Positions 1 to 17,054 of a DNA stretch of 64,000 nucleotides are shown here, piece after piece. Below the pieces are notes generated by a model, which saw only the letters and a list, made by a program, of their open reading frames with translations, was not told the DNA's origin and searched no databases. Source of the stretch: the human T2T-CHM13v2.0 reference genome, Homo sapiens; the NCBI RefSeq assembly GCF_009914755.1, contig NC_060933.1; one strand, given 5' to 3'. Position numbers and translations under genes: made by a program. How positions within the stretch are numbered: position 1 is the stretch's first letter; each line of letters opens with the position of its first letter.

Positions 1-864
1 TTTTTCCTCATGTCATTAAGTCCTATTGATTCTTCCTTAGAAACATATTTTTTTGTTCACCTCTCTTCGCATTTCTACATTGTGTCCCTAGTACGGGTTT
101 ATGAAGGGATGATTCCCCTACATCTGCATTTGTGTAAGTTTTGTTATTTCAACAACTTTTTGTTGCACTGCATAATCACTTATTGTTTTGAATCATATTG
201 TAATGAATGTAAAGCACTCTTGGACTGATTATCCCTCCTTGCCTGTATGGTGTTGTATGCATGTTCTTCCCTGAAAGGCACAGTCATTCAGGGTTTCATT
301 GTGTATAGTGTCTCTCAAACCAGAAAGCAACCAAAAGGATGAATGGTAGATGGGTGGAGAATTTATCTTTAGTGATCTTCATCATAAAGGGATCATGGTG
401 GCTGGGAGATAATTCTATGCAGTTAATTGTAACATTGAATTGTTCACTTTGAAATAGATTAGGAGATGCAAAGAAAGAAATCAGAAAAGTGATCAGCTAC
501 ATCACTCCTTCCTCTGGGTGGCTATCTTCCTTATTCCCTGTGCTCTTACTGAGCCCGTCCCACCATACTCTCATAACTCCTTATTGATGTACTCCCATAC
601 ACACAAGATACTGGACTCCTTGTGGAAAAAAAAATTCTGCCTTTTCTGACCAATATATCCTCAGCCTCTACAGAATTTCTCAGTGTTTCTGAATAGATGC
701 TTGATGCTTTTTGAATTGAGTTGAATTGTGATAGTCATTGGGGCTAGAGACTTTGTAACTTAACTTTCATTTTAAAACTTCCCTTTTTCCTCTCTTGAGT
801 TTATTTTTATTTTGCTTCTTTCTTTTGAAGTATTTTTCTCTTCTTTCTTTTTTTTAAGAATCCT

Positions 865-1188
<324 letters not shown>

Positions 1189-1805
1189 CTATCTGGTCTC
1201 AGCTCTATTAATGAGAAATAGAAAGAAGGAGAATTGTGTACCAACTGGTGGGCCAAAGCATCGTACTGGAGGAGTATATTGCTTGGAAATTATTGCACTC
1301 CAAGCAGGAAACCATAGAAGGAGACAAAACTCCTCGAAAAGTATGAGATCACCTGTGCAGAGTGTTAGTTACTATAGTTATGTTTGCAAGTAAAAAAGAA
1401 AAGCTCCAATGTAAACTAACTTATTCAATGATAGTATTTATTATTCACATTATGAAATTTCTGAATGTAGGGTAGACTTCCTTGCAAATAGATTCAGTGT
1501 CTTCAAGAACTGGAATCTTTTCTGTCCCTCCTCTTTATTACTTTTGAAATATGAACTTTAATATCAGACTCACTTCCTAAAGTTCAGAACATGGGGAAAA
1601 TGCGATGTTGTTTTTCTCTGTGTACCTTGACCAGGGAACAAAATTCCCAATCTTGAAATGTGCTTCTTCCTTTAGCCTATTTTGGATGTGTGCCTACCTT
1701 TCGATGAATAAGAGGCACCAACACAATGAGATACACTCATTGGCTTGTTGGATTCCTGAACCCATCAATGGTAAAGAGAGAAGAGTCAGCATGATTTACT
1801 AAAAA

Positions 1806-2013
1806 CAAGATTTCTCAACCACGGCACTATTGACATTTAGGAACCAGTCAATTCTTGGTCCTGGGGGTGCTATTCTGAACATTGAAGAAGCATTATCCCT
1901 AGCTTGCTAGATGACAATAGCACTCCTCACCACTTATGACAAATAAAAAAAATCTCCAAACATTGCCATATGTTCTCTTGGGGGTAAAGTTGTCCCTGGG
2001 TTGAGAACCACTG
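1806..2013 (-). mobile_element. MER20 DNA transposon (hAT-Charlie)
   Basis: Ends TTTCTCAACC...GGTTGAGAACCACTG and internal GGCACTATTGACATTT / ACATTGCCA match recalled MER20 consensus. Confidence 0.8.
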
Positions 2014-2488
2014 GATAGGACCAATAAACTTGAACATTTGAGAATCAATCATGATGTCCACCATAATTAACAATCCCTCTCTTGACTAATTTTCTCCTTT
2101 AAAAAATAAACTTTTTAAGTTGTAAGTTTTATTTTAAAATGTCCATTTTACTTACAAGGTCTTTATCATAGTATGCCAAGACTATTGCACAGTAACAGGT
2201 CTTGTTGATGTTTGCTTCAAAAATGTCAGAATGTGGAGTGTGCACTGGCTGCATGTCCTCTAAATATCATCCTGTTTTTGCTTCACACTAACCATGCTAG
2301 TCTCCAATATGGTGCCTTTTCAGTATCCCAAAAGGTGCTCTTTGAGGAGAGCAACCTGTTTGGGGATATTCACTGGCATTGAGAGAAAGAGAGGAAAATG
2401 GAGAGAGAAAAGAAAATGAGAGGGGGAAATGTGACATTCGTAGCAAGCAATGTTATTCCTACTCATTAGAATAGTTACCTTTTTTTTC

Positions 2489-2798
<310 letters not shown>

Positions 2799-2834
2799 TT
2801 ACCTTTTTTTCTTGGCTTTCATTCCATAAACACT

Positions 2835-2990
2835 GTGTTCATAGGGCACTGTGTTCAATGTTTTACATGCATTATCTCATTTAATCTACAATAATACATG
2901 TAATTTAAGCATTTGTATATCCACTTTACAAGTGAGGAAACAGAGGCTAAGAGATGATTTATCTTTGCCTAAGCTCACAAACTAATGCAT
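2835..2990 (-). mobile_element. MIR SINE fragment
   Basis: CATTATCTCATTTAATC...TTTACAAGTGAGGAAACAGAGGCT resembles reverse MIR core. Confidence 0.65.
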
Positions 2991-5900
2991 TTATGCATTA
3001 TAGTACATGTACACTATATGTTATATGTATGCACATATATAACATATATAATGTATGGTACATATACATTATAGTACAGCAAACTATGGGGATGCCATAG
3101 AAACACAATTTGAACCTAACATCCTGCCCCTTCAAATTCACTATCTTATAGTCCAACACCTGCCAATATGTATGTCACTCTTCTTTTATGAGTGCATCCC
3201 TCAGAGCTCTAACCATCTAGGATTCTATCATTATGAAGACAGGGATCCTGGGCACATGGAGTGAGAGGAGGTTGGGAGAGCTCTGAAAGAAAAGGGAGGT
3301 CAGGGGAGCAAACGCCTGCTCTTCCTTATAGACTCATGTCTACAAGGCTGCCTTCTGACTTGTGTGATAAATCCTGCTCCCTCAAGTCACTTTCTTCAGC
3401 CTCAGCTGCACACAACACAGTCATCATCATCAGAGGGGTCATCTCCTAATGGCGAAGGACAGCCCAGCGGAGGAAGTTATAACGGATATCACATCCTGCC
3501 TGTATAGATCTGTCATGCAGAAAGGGCTGCGTACAGAATTCTAACTCTGTTCCTTGCAACTCTCCACTGCCTTCCATTCCTTTTCCAATTGCCCTGATTT
3601 GAACCAAATTTTTCAAAAGTCTCTTAACTGACCTCCCTGCCTTTTTTCTTCCTCTACCAATCCATTTTACTTAATTGGATTAATTTGTTTTTTCCTGAAA
3701 GACTTAACATTTCACTTCCTTGCTAAAAAATAAACATACAAGCCAACCAAGAACTATAAGGAAAAGCAACCAAGCCACGGCTTCTTGGCTCATTGTGCAC
3801 AATTCCTGGCACAATGTCCCCACTCTTCCATGATCTGGTCTCATCTTAGATCCCACTGCTCTATCAGATGCCATTACACTGAGCCTCTTGCATCAGATAC
3901 ATAGAGACTGTTCCCCTCTGTGTCTTTGCTCATTCTGCTTAGAATGCTCTCATAACTCTGCTTATCTAGGTTGCCCTGTTTCGACAAGACCACTTTTTAC
4001 ATGCTGACATGCTAGAGTCACTATACCCATTCTACAGAAGACAAAAATGTAAGAAACAGGATTTGAGTCATGAAGTGTATAGGTTGCAGAGCAGGGCACC
4101 AGAATCCGTGTCTTCAGATTTTCTAATTCTTCATCTGATGTAATACCATTTCCACCTCTTAATCAAAGCATAAACATGTACATTCAAAACCACACCCAGC
4201 CCCATTTCTCACAGCTACTTTATCTTCAGAGTTCAGCTGGTAATATCAATGCAGCCCATTTAAGGGCATTATCAACAAACCTTCTCTCATGCTCTCTTTG
4301 TTCTAAACTCAGAGGAATTATTTCCGTGAGATTAATTCTGAAGCCGTTGTAGCATTTGTATAGGAGATGGCATCTCCCCTTATCTTAATTGCATATTTGG
4401 AAAACCTGCCCTGTGCTTGCTTCATATGGCATGCCATTTGGTGTTTATGACCATCATACTGGAGTTAACAGCATATGGGGAGCTCACCCACTCTGAATAC
4501 TAAGCTTATCCAATCTCTCTCCCAGAGCTGACATGAGAAATAACTAATAAAAATGATTACAATATTAGAGGGTCATATAAATGCCAAATGCAATAGGGAT
4601 TCTTTATTCTAAAGTTTCTTGATCTCTTCACCAACATCATAAAAGTGTGGAAGGGAGAAGGTAAGACATCCTATATAAAAAATGAGCACAATTTTCTCAA
4701 GCTTTATTTCAAATTTTTCTATTGAGGATTAGGATTCAATTTTAAGGTCAATCTGAAGATGAGGTGAAGTTTCAGGGATGACTGAACTAGAAATAGTGTG
4801 ACCTTTCCAAAGACCTCTCTTTGTATGTATGCATTTTTCCCCAACCAGCAATAATAATAATATAAAAAGCTATAGGAATAATGCTTAACTAAATCAGATA
4901 CAGATGGCTGTTTTATCAAGCAGAGGCAATTTTTATCATTTTAAAAGCTTTTGTTTTTGTAAAGGGAAGAAAATGGGACATGTTCCCTCACTTTTTTTTT
5001 TAAAGAGGAAAAAGCATATGTTTTTTAATTTGAAATGGAGTATTAATGGTGTTATCTCCCGAGAATTGCTGTGCTAGAGTGAATTGTGGAAAATGCATTT
5101 ACTTGCAAGCTTTCTGGTAAATTCTTCTCTGACTTAGAGAGTTAGTGGCATATTATATCAACCTCCCTTTCCAAGAGAATACTGTGCATACAATCTGAGA
5201 GTCAATTTCCTGAGCCTCTTTTACTAGATCATCTTGTTTTCTTTGTTTATATTATTGATTTAGGTAAAATCATTTGGTGAATATTGAGTGTTCACCTAAG
5301 TGAGAAGGTGGTAATATGTAGCAAGTAGACAGAGGGTTATAATGTAACTGGGATAATAAAACCTTGTATCGCTGCTGAAATTTACAGTTTGCATTATCCT
5401 ATTTGAACCTCACCATGCACCTGAGAGTTATGAGGATAGAGACTATTGTTTCAATTTTATAGTTGGGAAGTCAAAGCACAGAGAACTTAATTGGTTTTCC
5501 TGTGGCCCCCTCATCCTGTACAGCCAGTAATTGAGCCAGAATTGGAGCCTTCGCCAGTCAATCTCATGTTCCTTCTGGCACAGAGCTGCTTCCAGATTAA
5601 ACTTCAACCAATCCATCCAGAGGCATTTATAGAGTGCCTACTGTTTAGCTGTCACTGGAGTCAAAACAGTGACAGACATAGCAACCTTTTAGATGCTGTT
5701 TCTGCACACAAGGTGCTTTTCACTGACTCTAAAAGACAGGACAGAAATATATGAACTGTTTAGTGAATAAGTTATGAGTATGAACAATTGCAGGATCCAT
5801 ATATGCTGGTAACATGGGAGGTCTTACTGAGAAGGAGGCCTTTTATAAAGACCCTAGAAATGAGTAGAAAATTAATGATGAGATTGGCTGACATTATATA

Positions 5901-6319
5901 AGCCATTACTATGTTCCAGTCACTTGAGTTATAACTTCATTCACTCATTCAACAAACATTATCTGCCTTTTGAGCCAAAGAAGGTATTATGGAGACGTGC
6001 AGGAAAAAAATAAATAAATTCTGGTTCTGGCATTTTAATGACCAGGAGCATGTGACTTCATTTCTTAGGTCCTTATTTTATTCATCTGAAAAAATAATGG
6101 TTTAGAAAAAGTATTCAAAAGTTTCTGTGAATTGTGAATGAAGTAAAATGTTTGCAAACAAGAATTACCTCATGATAATGTGTTTTTGTTGGATTTATTA
6201 TTATTATTTTTATAATTACTACTCTTTGGTAAGGACTAGAGATACAAAGATGAACAGGAAAATTACCCTAGTCTTAAGAAACTCCATCTAGTAAAAAAGA
6301 TCATCCATATAATTTCCTT

Positions 6320-6480
6320 AACCCATTCCTTCATCCTTTTCTCCTCCCTATCTTCCTTCCTTCGTTTTTTCATCATTTTCTTCCTTTTTCCCTTCATTTC
6401 TTCCCTCTTTCCTTCCCTTTTTCCTTCCTTCCTTCCTTCTTTTCAAACTTTTGTTTTCCACTTGCCATTTCTTCCTTTCT
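6320..6480. repeat. Polypyrimidine low-complexity tract with (CCTT)n
   Basis: Directly visible CT-rich run. Confidence 0.8.
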
Positions 6481-6639
6481 ACCCTCCATTATTATTGATT
6501 CAGTGCCTCCTCTCTGCCAGGCAAAAAGCAAGGTGTTTAACTTTCAGGAATATATTAGGTACTGACCCAGCCCGAAGGAGATCTCAATATAGAGGAGAAA
6601 ATAATTCACAACCCACTAGTCAGACTTAACGTGACTTAA

Positions 6640-7440
6640 AGAGTGGCCACCAGACCATGTGTCCCTGGAATGCAATAGGAAGTCCCCATTACTATCTACT
6701 AACCTGAATCTAATCAATCCTCTAGACATAGCTTTCAGATTTTATAATAACACTATAAAGATGCAATCAGATAAGATACATAACATGGGAAATTCTGCAT
6801 GACAGATAACCCAGTTTTTCTCTAAAGTAAAAATAATGTTAATTCTGTAAGAGAAAAGAAATTCCTTTTATGCCTAGTTCAAAAACAGGCACAAGTAAGT
6901 TATACTATAAATAATAGAATGGTGGTTCTTTACAGGGGGCATATAGGCTCAAAGGAGCATATGGCTAGACATCATCTGGCTCATAATTTGTGTGGTCTAA
7001 GGAGCATGCATGTACTTCTACAGACATGGCTATGTAAAATGTACTGATATATAGACTTAGGATGTGTTTTAGTAAGCTCTAAACCAAAAACATTTGAATT
7101 AACTAATATAAAGAGGGAGTGAGAACTGTTACTGATTAAAGTAGACTTAATAAGCATATTAAATACATTAAATGTGTAGATCTTGTTCAGATTCTGATTT
7201 GGGAATAAAAACTATACAATGTGGAAATATTGAACACAGATTGAATATTACATGATAATAATTGTATAATTCTGTTGTGCAATAATAGTAATATGGTAAT
7301 AAGAATGAGGAGGAGGAGGGGAAAATGAGGGAAACTGGGAAGAGTCAGGAGGGAGAGGAGAGAGTTCTGATCTGTTAGAGATACTTACTGAATTAATTAT
7401 TGAAATATAGGATAAGATGTGTGGTATTTACCTCATAGGA
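6640..7440 (+). mobile_element. Ancient L1M (L1MC-like) 3' end fragments
   Basis: AACCTGAATCTAATCAA, GGAAATTCTGCATGACA and GATACTTACTGAA motifs resemble L1MC 3' UTRs; boundaries approximate. Confidence 0.4.
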
Positions 7441-7448
7441 CCCTGGGG

Positions 7449-7668
7449 CAGGGGTCAATTAACTATGGTCAATGGGCCAAATTCAGCTACCACCTGTTCT
7501 TATAAATAAAGTTATATTAGAACTCACCCACTCTCATTCATTTACATACTGTCTATGAGTGCTTTGGCATCGCAATGCAGAATTGAGTAATTGTGACAGT
7601 AATTTCTGCCTTAAAAGTTGAAACTATTTACTATCTGGCCCTTTACAGGAACAGTTTGCCAACCCCTG
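7449..7668 (+). mobile_element. MER58A DNA transposon
   Basis: Terminal inverted repeats CAGGGGTC...AACCCCTG; internal TATTTACTATCTGGCCCTTTACAG. Confidence 0.85.
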
Positions 7669-9931
7669 CTGGGGAAAGGGAGTGGGAGAGAAAATGAGAA
7701 ATAAAGGGAAGGAAGGAAGGAAGAAAAGAGGGAAGGAAGGGAGGGAAGGGAAGGGAAGGGAAGGATATATAACAGTAGACAGGACCTAAGGCTTATCTTA
7801 AATACAAACACAGCCCATTATTTCTCTTGCTGCCCCTATTTCAAGCCATAACCATGATCTGGAAGTTTCTAGTGGTTTCTAACTGGTCTAGCATCTCTCG
7901 TCGTCCTACCTTCTTTTCTCTACACTGAAGCCAAAGTGATCCACTTATAATGTAAATTGGATCGTGTCACTGTCCACAACCCAAGAGTCATTGGAAAAAA
8001 TGTATACTTTAGTCTATAATATGACCATAAATCAACTGACATCGCTCAGTCTCATGGGCTGAGTTTTCTCACACTCTCTCTTCTTGTTATTCGTGGTAAG
8101 CTCCAAGCCTATTCCAGAGTCAAGACCTTTTACTTTATGTACCTTACCTGGAAACACCTTTATTTGGCTTTTTGATTCATCTCATCTATCACTGAAGTCT
8201 CATCAGAGAAACCATTCAACCTACTAAAATAGCTCGCCCATCCCCAATTAATCTATATTGTCTATTATCGTACACTGATTTTTTTCAGAGTATGTATATT
8301 TACTTGTTATCTGTATATCATTTTCTCATCCACTAGAAAGTAAGCTACATGTAAATAGAAAATAACTTATCTTGTTTCTTACTTCATTTTCAGCCCTTAG
8401 GAAAAAATAAAACAAACAAACAAGCAAACAAACAAAACAGGGGAAGTGAAAAAAAGAAAAGAAAAGAAATTGAGAAACTAGATTTAGAGTGAGCAGATAG
8501 ATATATTTTAAAACAAAGAATATGGAAATTTGCATGAAGTAAAAAGCAAAAAGCTGACAGATATAAGAGGCTCTGCAGAGTAGAAGTTCAAGAAAGATGG
8601 AAGAAATAGCAGTTCACCATGATTCAGCTCACCAGACATTTATGAAACACTTACTGTGTCAAAGACATGATGCTAGGCACAGGGGGTATAGAAATATCTA
8701 AACCAAATTCCTTTATACACAGTCTAATGGTAATAATGGTAAGGATAGTTAATAATAGCAAAGTTGTTAACTAATATTGATAATTTCCTGTTCCGGTCCC
8801 TGTTTTAAAGATTTTACGAGAATTATCTCATTGGCACTTATTTCTCACAACAACATGATGAGACATGTACTATTAGAACATACATGTCAAGAAAAGGGAA
8901 TTGAGGTGCAAGAAATAGTGACTTATTAAGAGCCAGTAGGTGAAATACTTTGAACCAGCTACCAATGTAAAGGACAGTATTAGTGAAGTATTTGCCGAAT
9001 CCTTCTGTACAAATGAAGGGATAGGATGATCTATCAGGACATGTCACAGAAGGCTTCATAGATGAAGAAGGGTGAAATTAGTCTGTGCCTAATGAAATAA
9101 GAAAGGTATTGCCACCTGGAGATTGGAGTGAGGGGTTCTCTAGGGTGATAGAAGGCCATGAGTAACACTACAGAGATGTCAAAACACAGCTAAGTACTTA
9201 ACTGCTGGACTTTAGTATCTGATAGTACTTACAGTTGAAATCTCACTCTCATATGTAGTAGCTCTGTGACCCTCATTAAGGTCATAGCCCTGATTTCTGA
9301 CTCTAGAAAATGTCATCTATCTCATTGGATTGTACTGAAAATTAAAGCAACCCTTGCATTTCAAGCACAGTGCCTGGCACATAACAATCACTGAAATTTT
9401 ATTCAGCTCTTACTCCTTGCATTCAGGAACAATAAGTATAAGAAGCATCAAGAAATTTGTGCAAGTCTGTAAAAGGTAATCTGAGACGGCACTGATAAGC
9501 CATCAATGTGAAAAGTTTGGACTTGGTTCCATAAACCTAGGGTTTCCAATGCACAAAAAGGAGGCTAAATGAACTAAGAAGGAAATTCCAGGCAGTTGCA
9601 GTTAAGAGGTGAACTCAGCAGGGCACCTGAAGGAATTATGTTTTATGACTCTTATTATACACAGTTCATGGCTAAATAAAAGAAAACTCCAAAAGCAGCC
9701 TCTAATTTGAGACCTATAATTTGAGAGCACTGCAGAGGCAGTGGTACTCTTTTGAGTAAGGACATGCCCCAACTTTGTTTGAAGTACTACTCAAGCAACA
9801 GTGTGGAGAATCGATGGCGGGGGATGAGATTTAAGTCAGAGGGTCAATTTGAAGGGTATTGAAATCAAGTAAGCAGTGAGTATCTGAACAAGAAAAATGC
9901 CTTGGCCTTCACTCCTCCATCAAAATACTAC

Positions 9932-10055
9932 CATTCCTAGCCTCTACCCACTAGATGCCAGTAGCACTCTTCTCTAGTCATGTCAATCAAAAACGTCTTC
10001 AGACATTTCCATATGTCCTTTGGGTCGGGGGAGAGTTCCATTATGCACGTTAAAC
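9932..10055 (-). mobile_element. MER20 fragment plus flank, local duplicate of 15811-15935
   Basis: CCTCTACCCACTAGATGCCAGTAGCAC MER20 core; near-ungapped alignment with 15811-15935. Confidence 0.75.
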
Positions 10056-10664
10056 ACTTTTGCAGAGAATTTAAGAAGACAAGGGTGATTAGACAAGCAT
10101 GGATTCAAAGGGGGAAAAATGTAGACACAAAATAGAAAACTTAAAAAACAGAAAATGCGGACATCAGGTTTAATTATTTTTAAATCCAGAATGTCTAAAA
10201 GTTTTAAAAGTGATTTTGAGCAACCTTCAGAACCACAGAATTAGCTCTGGAAGACCCAGACATGGTTCAGGGACTAAAGTTGGTGATGTTGCTCACAAGT
10301 CTAAGAATGTTAAAGCCTGCTGCCCCAGGGTGATGTTGGTGACTTCATTGCAATGAGTCTCTTGTAGCTGAGACAGAAAGATAGGCATTAAAATGTCAAA
10401 GTCAAATATCAGAGACTGGCATTCAGAAAGGTGATGGGGGGTAACCAATTAAAACTTTCTTCTGTAGTGAAATAGCTCTTTCTATAACACAACAGAAAAG
10501 CCTGTCTTAGAGGCTTCATAAACCTGTGTCTCCCATGGAAGTATGTATTGAAACAATTCTTCCTAACAGATCGCATTGAGCTCTACTGTAAAAATATTTG
10601 TGCTCTGGGCAATGCAGATAATTTTTAAAATGATAAAGTCCTTGAACCTACATGTTCTCTAGTC

Positions 10665-10981
10665 CTATACCATCCAATATGATAGCTACAAGGCACATGG
10701 GAGATGAATGAGCACTTAAAAGGTGACTAGTCCAAATTGAGGTGTGACAGAAGTGTGAAATATAACACAGAATTCAAGTATTACAAATGAAAAAAGTAAA
10801 ATATTTTATTAATATTTTTGTATTTGCTATATGCTGAAAAATAATATTTTGATATATTGAGTTAAAATTAACTGTTTAAATTATTTTTACCTGTACTTTA
10901 TTTTTCTGATGTGGCTACTTGAAAAATGAAAATTCTCATCTGGTTTTCATTTGTGACTGACATTTTTATTGGACATTACTG
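10665..10981. mobile_element. MER33/MER3-family DNA transposon
   Basis: TCCAATA...TATTGGACA inverted ends, ATAATATTTTGATATATTGAGTTAAAAT and ATGTGGCTAC motifs, about 320 bp. Confidence 0.7.
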
Positions 10982-11041
10982 CTCTAAACTAAACAATAAC
11001 GCTTTCTGCTGCCCCCTAGTATAATTGACACCTTACTGCCT

Positions 11042-14072
<3,031 letters not shown>

Positions 14073-14242
14073 AAAATACTATCATCAAAATACTACCATC
14101 AAAATTCTACCATCACAATACTACCATCAAAAAATACTACCATCAAAATTCTACGATCAAAATACTACCATCAAAACACTACCATCAAAATACTACCATC
14201 AAAAAAATACTACCATCAAAATACTACCATCAAAATTCTACC
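14073..14242. repeat. 14-bp minisatellite (AAAATACTACCATC)n, right arm
   Basis: About 12 tandem units continuing the array on the far side of the L1. Confidence 0.95.
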
Positions 14243-14838
14243 CATTTCCGAACCATAAAGGACAGTGCTTAACTTCATCATTTTATGAAATTTCTAACCA
14301 CATATGATATTCTGTGAAGTCTTCTGGGACATTCTTACATTCTTATAATGTATTTATCTTAGCGTTCCTTGCATTTTTATGTTTATTTTACCAGAATATA
14401 AATTCCTTGAAGACAATGATCATATAAAACACATTTATATCACCCATAGAGCCTAGTATAGTACTTTACATTTTTAAAAATAAAATCATACAAGGTGCCT
14501 GTAATCTGTTGTGAAGTCAAGATGCCTCAGGGATCTCGGAAATCCTGATATAAAAAATGGGGGGGGGCGGTACTTATCCCCTTGTTCCTGCTTGTGAGAC
14601 ATTGTAGCTACTAAGGCAGATTGTCAACCTGCTTGGAAAGAAAGAAAAAAGATGCACAATGAGTTCCTAAGAATGGGGAAGTTTACACTGATAATAAAGA
14701 GCATAAAAGGGAAGTTAACAAAACTTGCATCTACGTACAAGACAGTTGAAAGAGAGAAATAGAAACAAACCAACTGATTGACCTAGGCTGGAAAAAATGC
14801 TGATCTACTGATCCTGCTAGGGAATAACTTTCAGTCCA

Positions 14839-15213
14839 TGCTGTGGTTTGATTGCATGTGTCCCTCCAAAATTTATATGTTGGAACTTAAACCCTAAGGT
14901 GATGGAATTAAGAGGTGGACCCTTTGAGGGGCAATTAGGCCATGAGGGTCCAACCTCATGGATGGGATTCATGTCCTTGTAAAAAAAAAAAAACGTAAGG
15001 GTGTGAGTTTGCCCTTCTGCTCTTCCACCATGTGAAGACATAGCAGCAGAGAGCCATCTTGGAAGCCAAGAGCAGCTCTCACCAGACACCAAATCCACTA
15101 ATGTCTTCCCAGTGGACTTCCTGGACTCTAGAGTTATAGGAAATAAATTTGTCTTCTTTATAAATTACCTAATCTAAGGTATTTTGTTTTAGCAGCCTGA
15201 ATGGACTAAGACA
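14839..15213 (+). mobile_element. MaLR solo LTR (MST/MLT1A-like)
   Basis: TG...CA ends (TGCTGTGGTTTG...GGACTAAGACA), AATAAA box, perfect 5-bp TSD GTCCA at 14834-14838 and 15214-15218. Confidence 0.85.
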
Positions 15214-15722
15214 GTCCAATTGGTCAGATTTTTAATTGTTCACTCAAGTAGCCAAATTCCTGTCATATATCACCATTACCTTTCAAGGGTTTGATGAAAT
15301 AAAAGTTTAAAGTTTATATTTCCTGCACGACACAATCCAATGTGAGGAATTAAGGGTTGAGGGGATGCTCTTCTCTGCATAGTAATTCAAGGCCCACACT
15401 CCGTTCATTTTGTGGCTTTTCTTGCTCTAGGTGAGCGAGTCCTCTCCATTCAGCTATTGCAAGAAGAAAAAGAGATATTGGAAAGTTTATTAAAGGGTCA
15501 GTCCCAGAAGTGTCATATGTAACTTTCATTCCCATCCCATTGAACCAAACTCTATCATATGGTCATAGCTGACTTTAAAGAATGGATGGAAAACATGGTC
15601 CAGATGTGGGTTAAAGAAGAAGAGGAGTTCAAGCATGTGGATGAACACTGGAGTCCCTGGCACAGTAGACTACATGCAGAATAGGGATTTAAATTATTTA
15701 TTTTTGATTTATTCTTTTAATA

Positions 15723-15905
15723 CAGAAATTCTCAACCTTGACACTATTGAATTTGAGGCTGGATAATTATTCATGCAGGACTGTCCTGTGCATTGTAGAA
15801 TGTTCAGTAGCATTCCTGGCCTCCACCCACTAGATGCCAGTAGTACTCCTCTCTGGTCATGTCAATCAAAAATGTCTTGGGACATTTCCATATGTCTTTC
15901 AGGTA
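15723..15905 (-). mobile_element. MER20 DNA transposon
   Basis: TTCTCAACC, CTGTCCTGTGCATTGTAG, CCCACTAGATGCCAGTAG. Confidence 0.85.
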
Positions 15906-16750
15906 AGGGGAGGGTTCCGTAATACACAGCTAAACCTCAAGCATCATGCCAGGGAGAACCAACTGCACACAACATGCCTTATCTCAACTGTCAGCCCATT
16001 TATATGCCTGTGCGTATTTCTCTCCACTTTCATCTCCCTGATTTTCTTATTTCATGATCAATAACTTGTCTCTGGATTCTATTTTAATACCTGTTTTGTC
16101 ATCATTTTCTGGAATATTGAATTCCTCTTCCAACAACTCTTGAATCCACATGCTTAGTCAAGGTATATAGCCTTTCTCCTCTTTTCTAATGGTAGCAGGA
16201 ATCACATAGGAACTAAAAGTACCATATTCCAAGAATATAAAAAAATTGGCATTTATGCTGCTGCTACCACATCTTGCACTTTTGGTAGACACCTCTAATC
16301 AATCATGATATCCTCCCCTCCTGAGGCTGGAGTCTACTTCAGAATCCAGGCAACACTTGAGGCAGTCACTATTGAATGATCAAAATTGGTCCAAGAGATT
16401 AAAACTATGTATCCTCAAAGCACTGGTCCAACACCCTCATTTTAGAGCTAAATAAACTGAGACCCAGGTGATGAAATAGATCACCAAGGCCACACAGAGT
16501 TTTGGTTTCTTGGCCTTCTGTTTTTTCTTCTGCCCATGCAGTATAAAATAAGAAGACTTGTCTAAGTCCTGTAAGACTTTGCTGGAAACAGCACCTTGAA
16601 AAAGGTTGCTAAAAGCAGAAGTATTGCTTGGAGGGGCAGTTGGGGTGAACTTGACTTTAACCAGCTTCTCTTCTCATTGCCTTTTGAATAACAACTAATC
16701 TAGTATATTGAGCAGAGATTGAAGGGGTATGATTAACCCCACCACTATGA

Positions 16751-17054
16751 TTTTTTTGTTTGTTTGTTTTTTGTTTTTTGAGACGGAGTTTCGCTCTTGT
16801 TGCCCAGGCTGGCATGCAATGATGCGATCTCACCACAACCTCCACCTCCCAGGTTCAAGAAATTCTCCTGCCTCAGCCTCCCAAGTAGCTGGGATTACAG
16901 GCATGCACCACCATGCCTGGCTAATTTTGTATTTTTAGGAGAGATGGGGTTGCTCCATGTTGGTCAGGCTTGTCTCAAACTCCCAACCTCAGGTGATCCA
17001 CCCACCTCAGCCTCCCAAAGTGCTGGGATTACAGGTGTGAGCCACTGCTCCCAG
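16751..17054 (-). mobile_element. AluS (AluSq/Sp-like) SINE
   Basis: Reverse Alu, GAGTTTCGCTCTTGTTGCCCAGG, (TTTG)n tail. Confidence 0.93.

Noticed and set aside
11008-11022. CTCF-like motif ATACTAGGGGGCAGC on the minus strand
   Set aside because: Lacks the leading CC of the core motif; a single partial match in 64 kb is not enough without ChIP data
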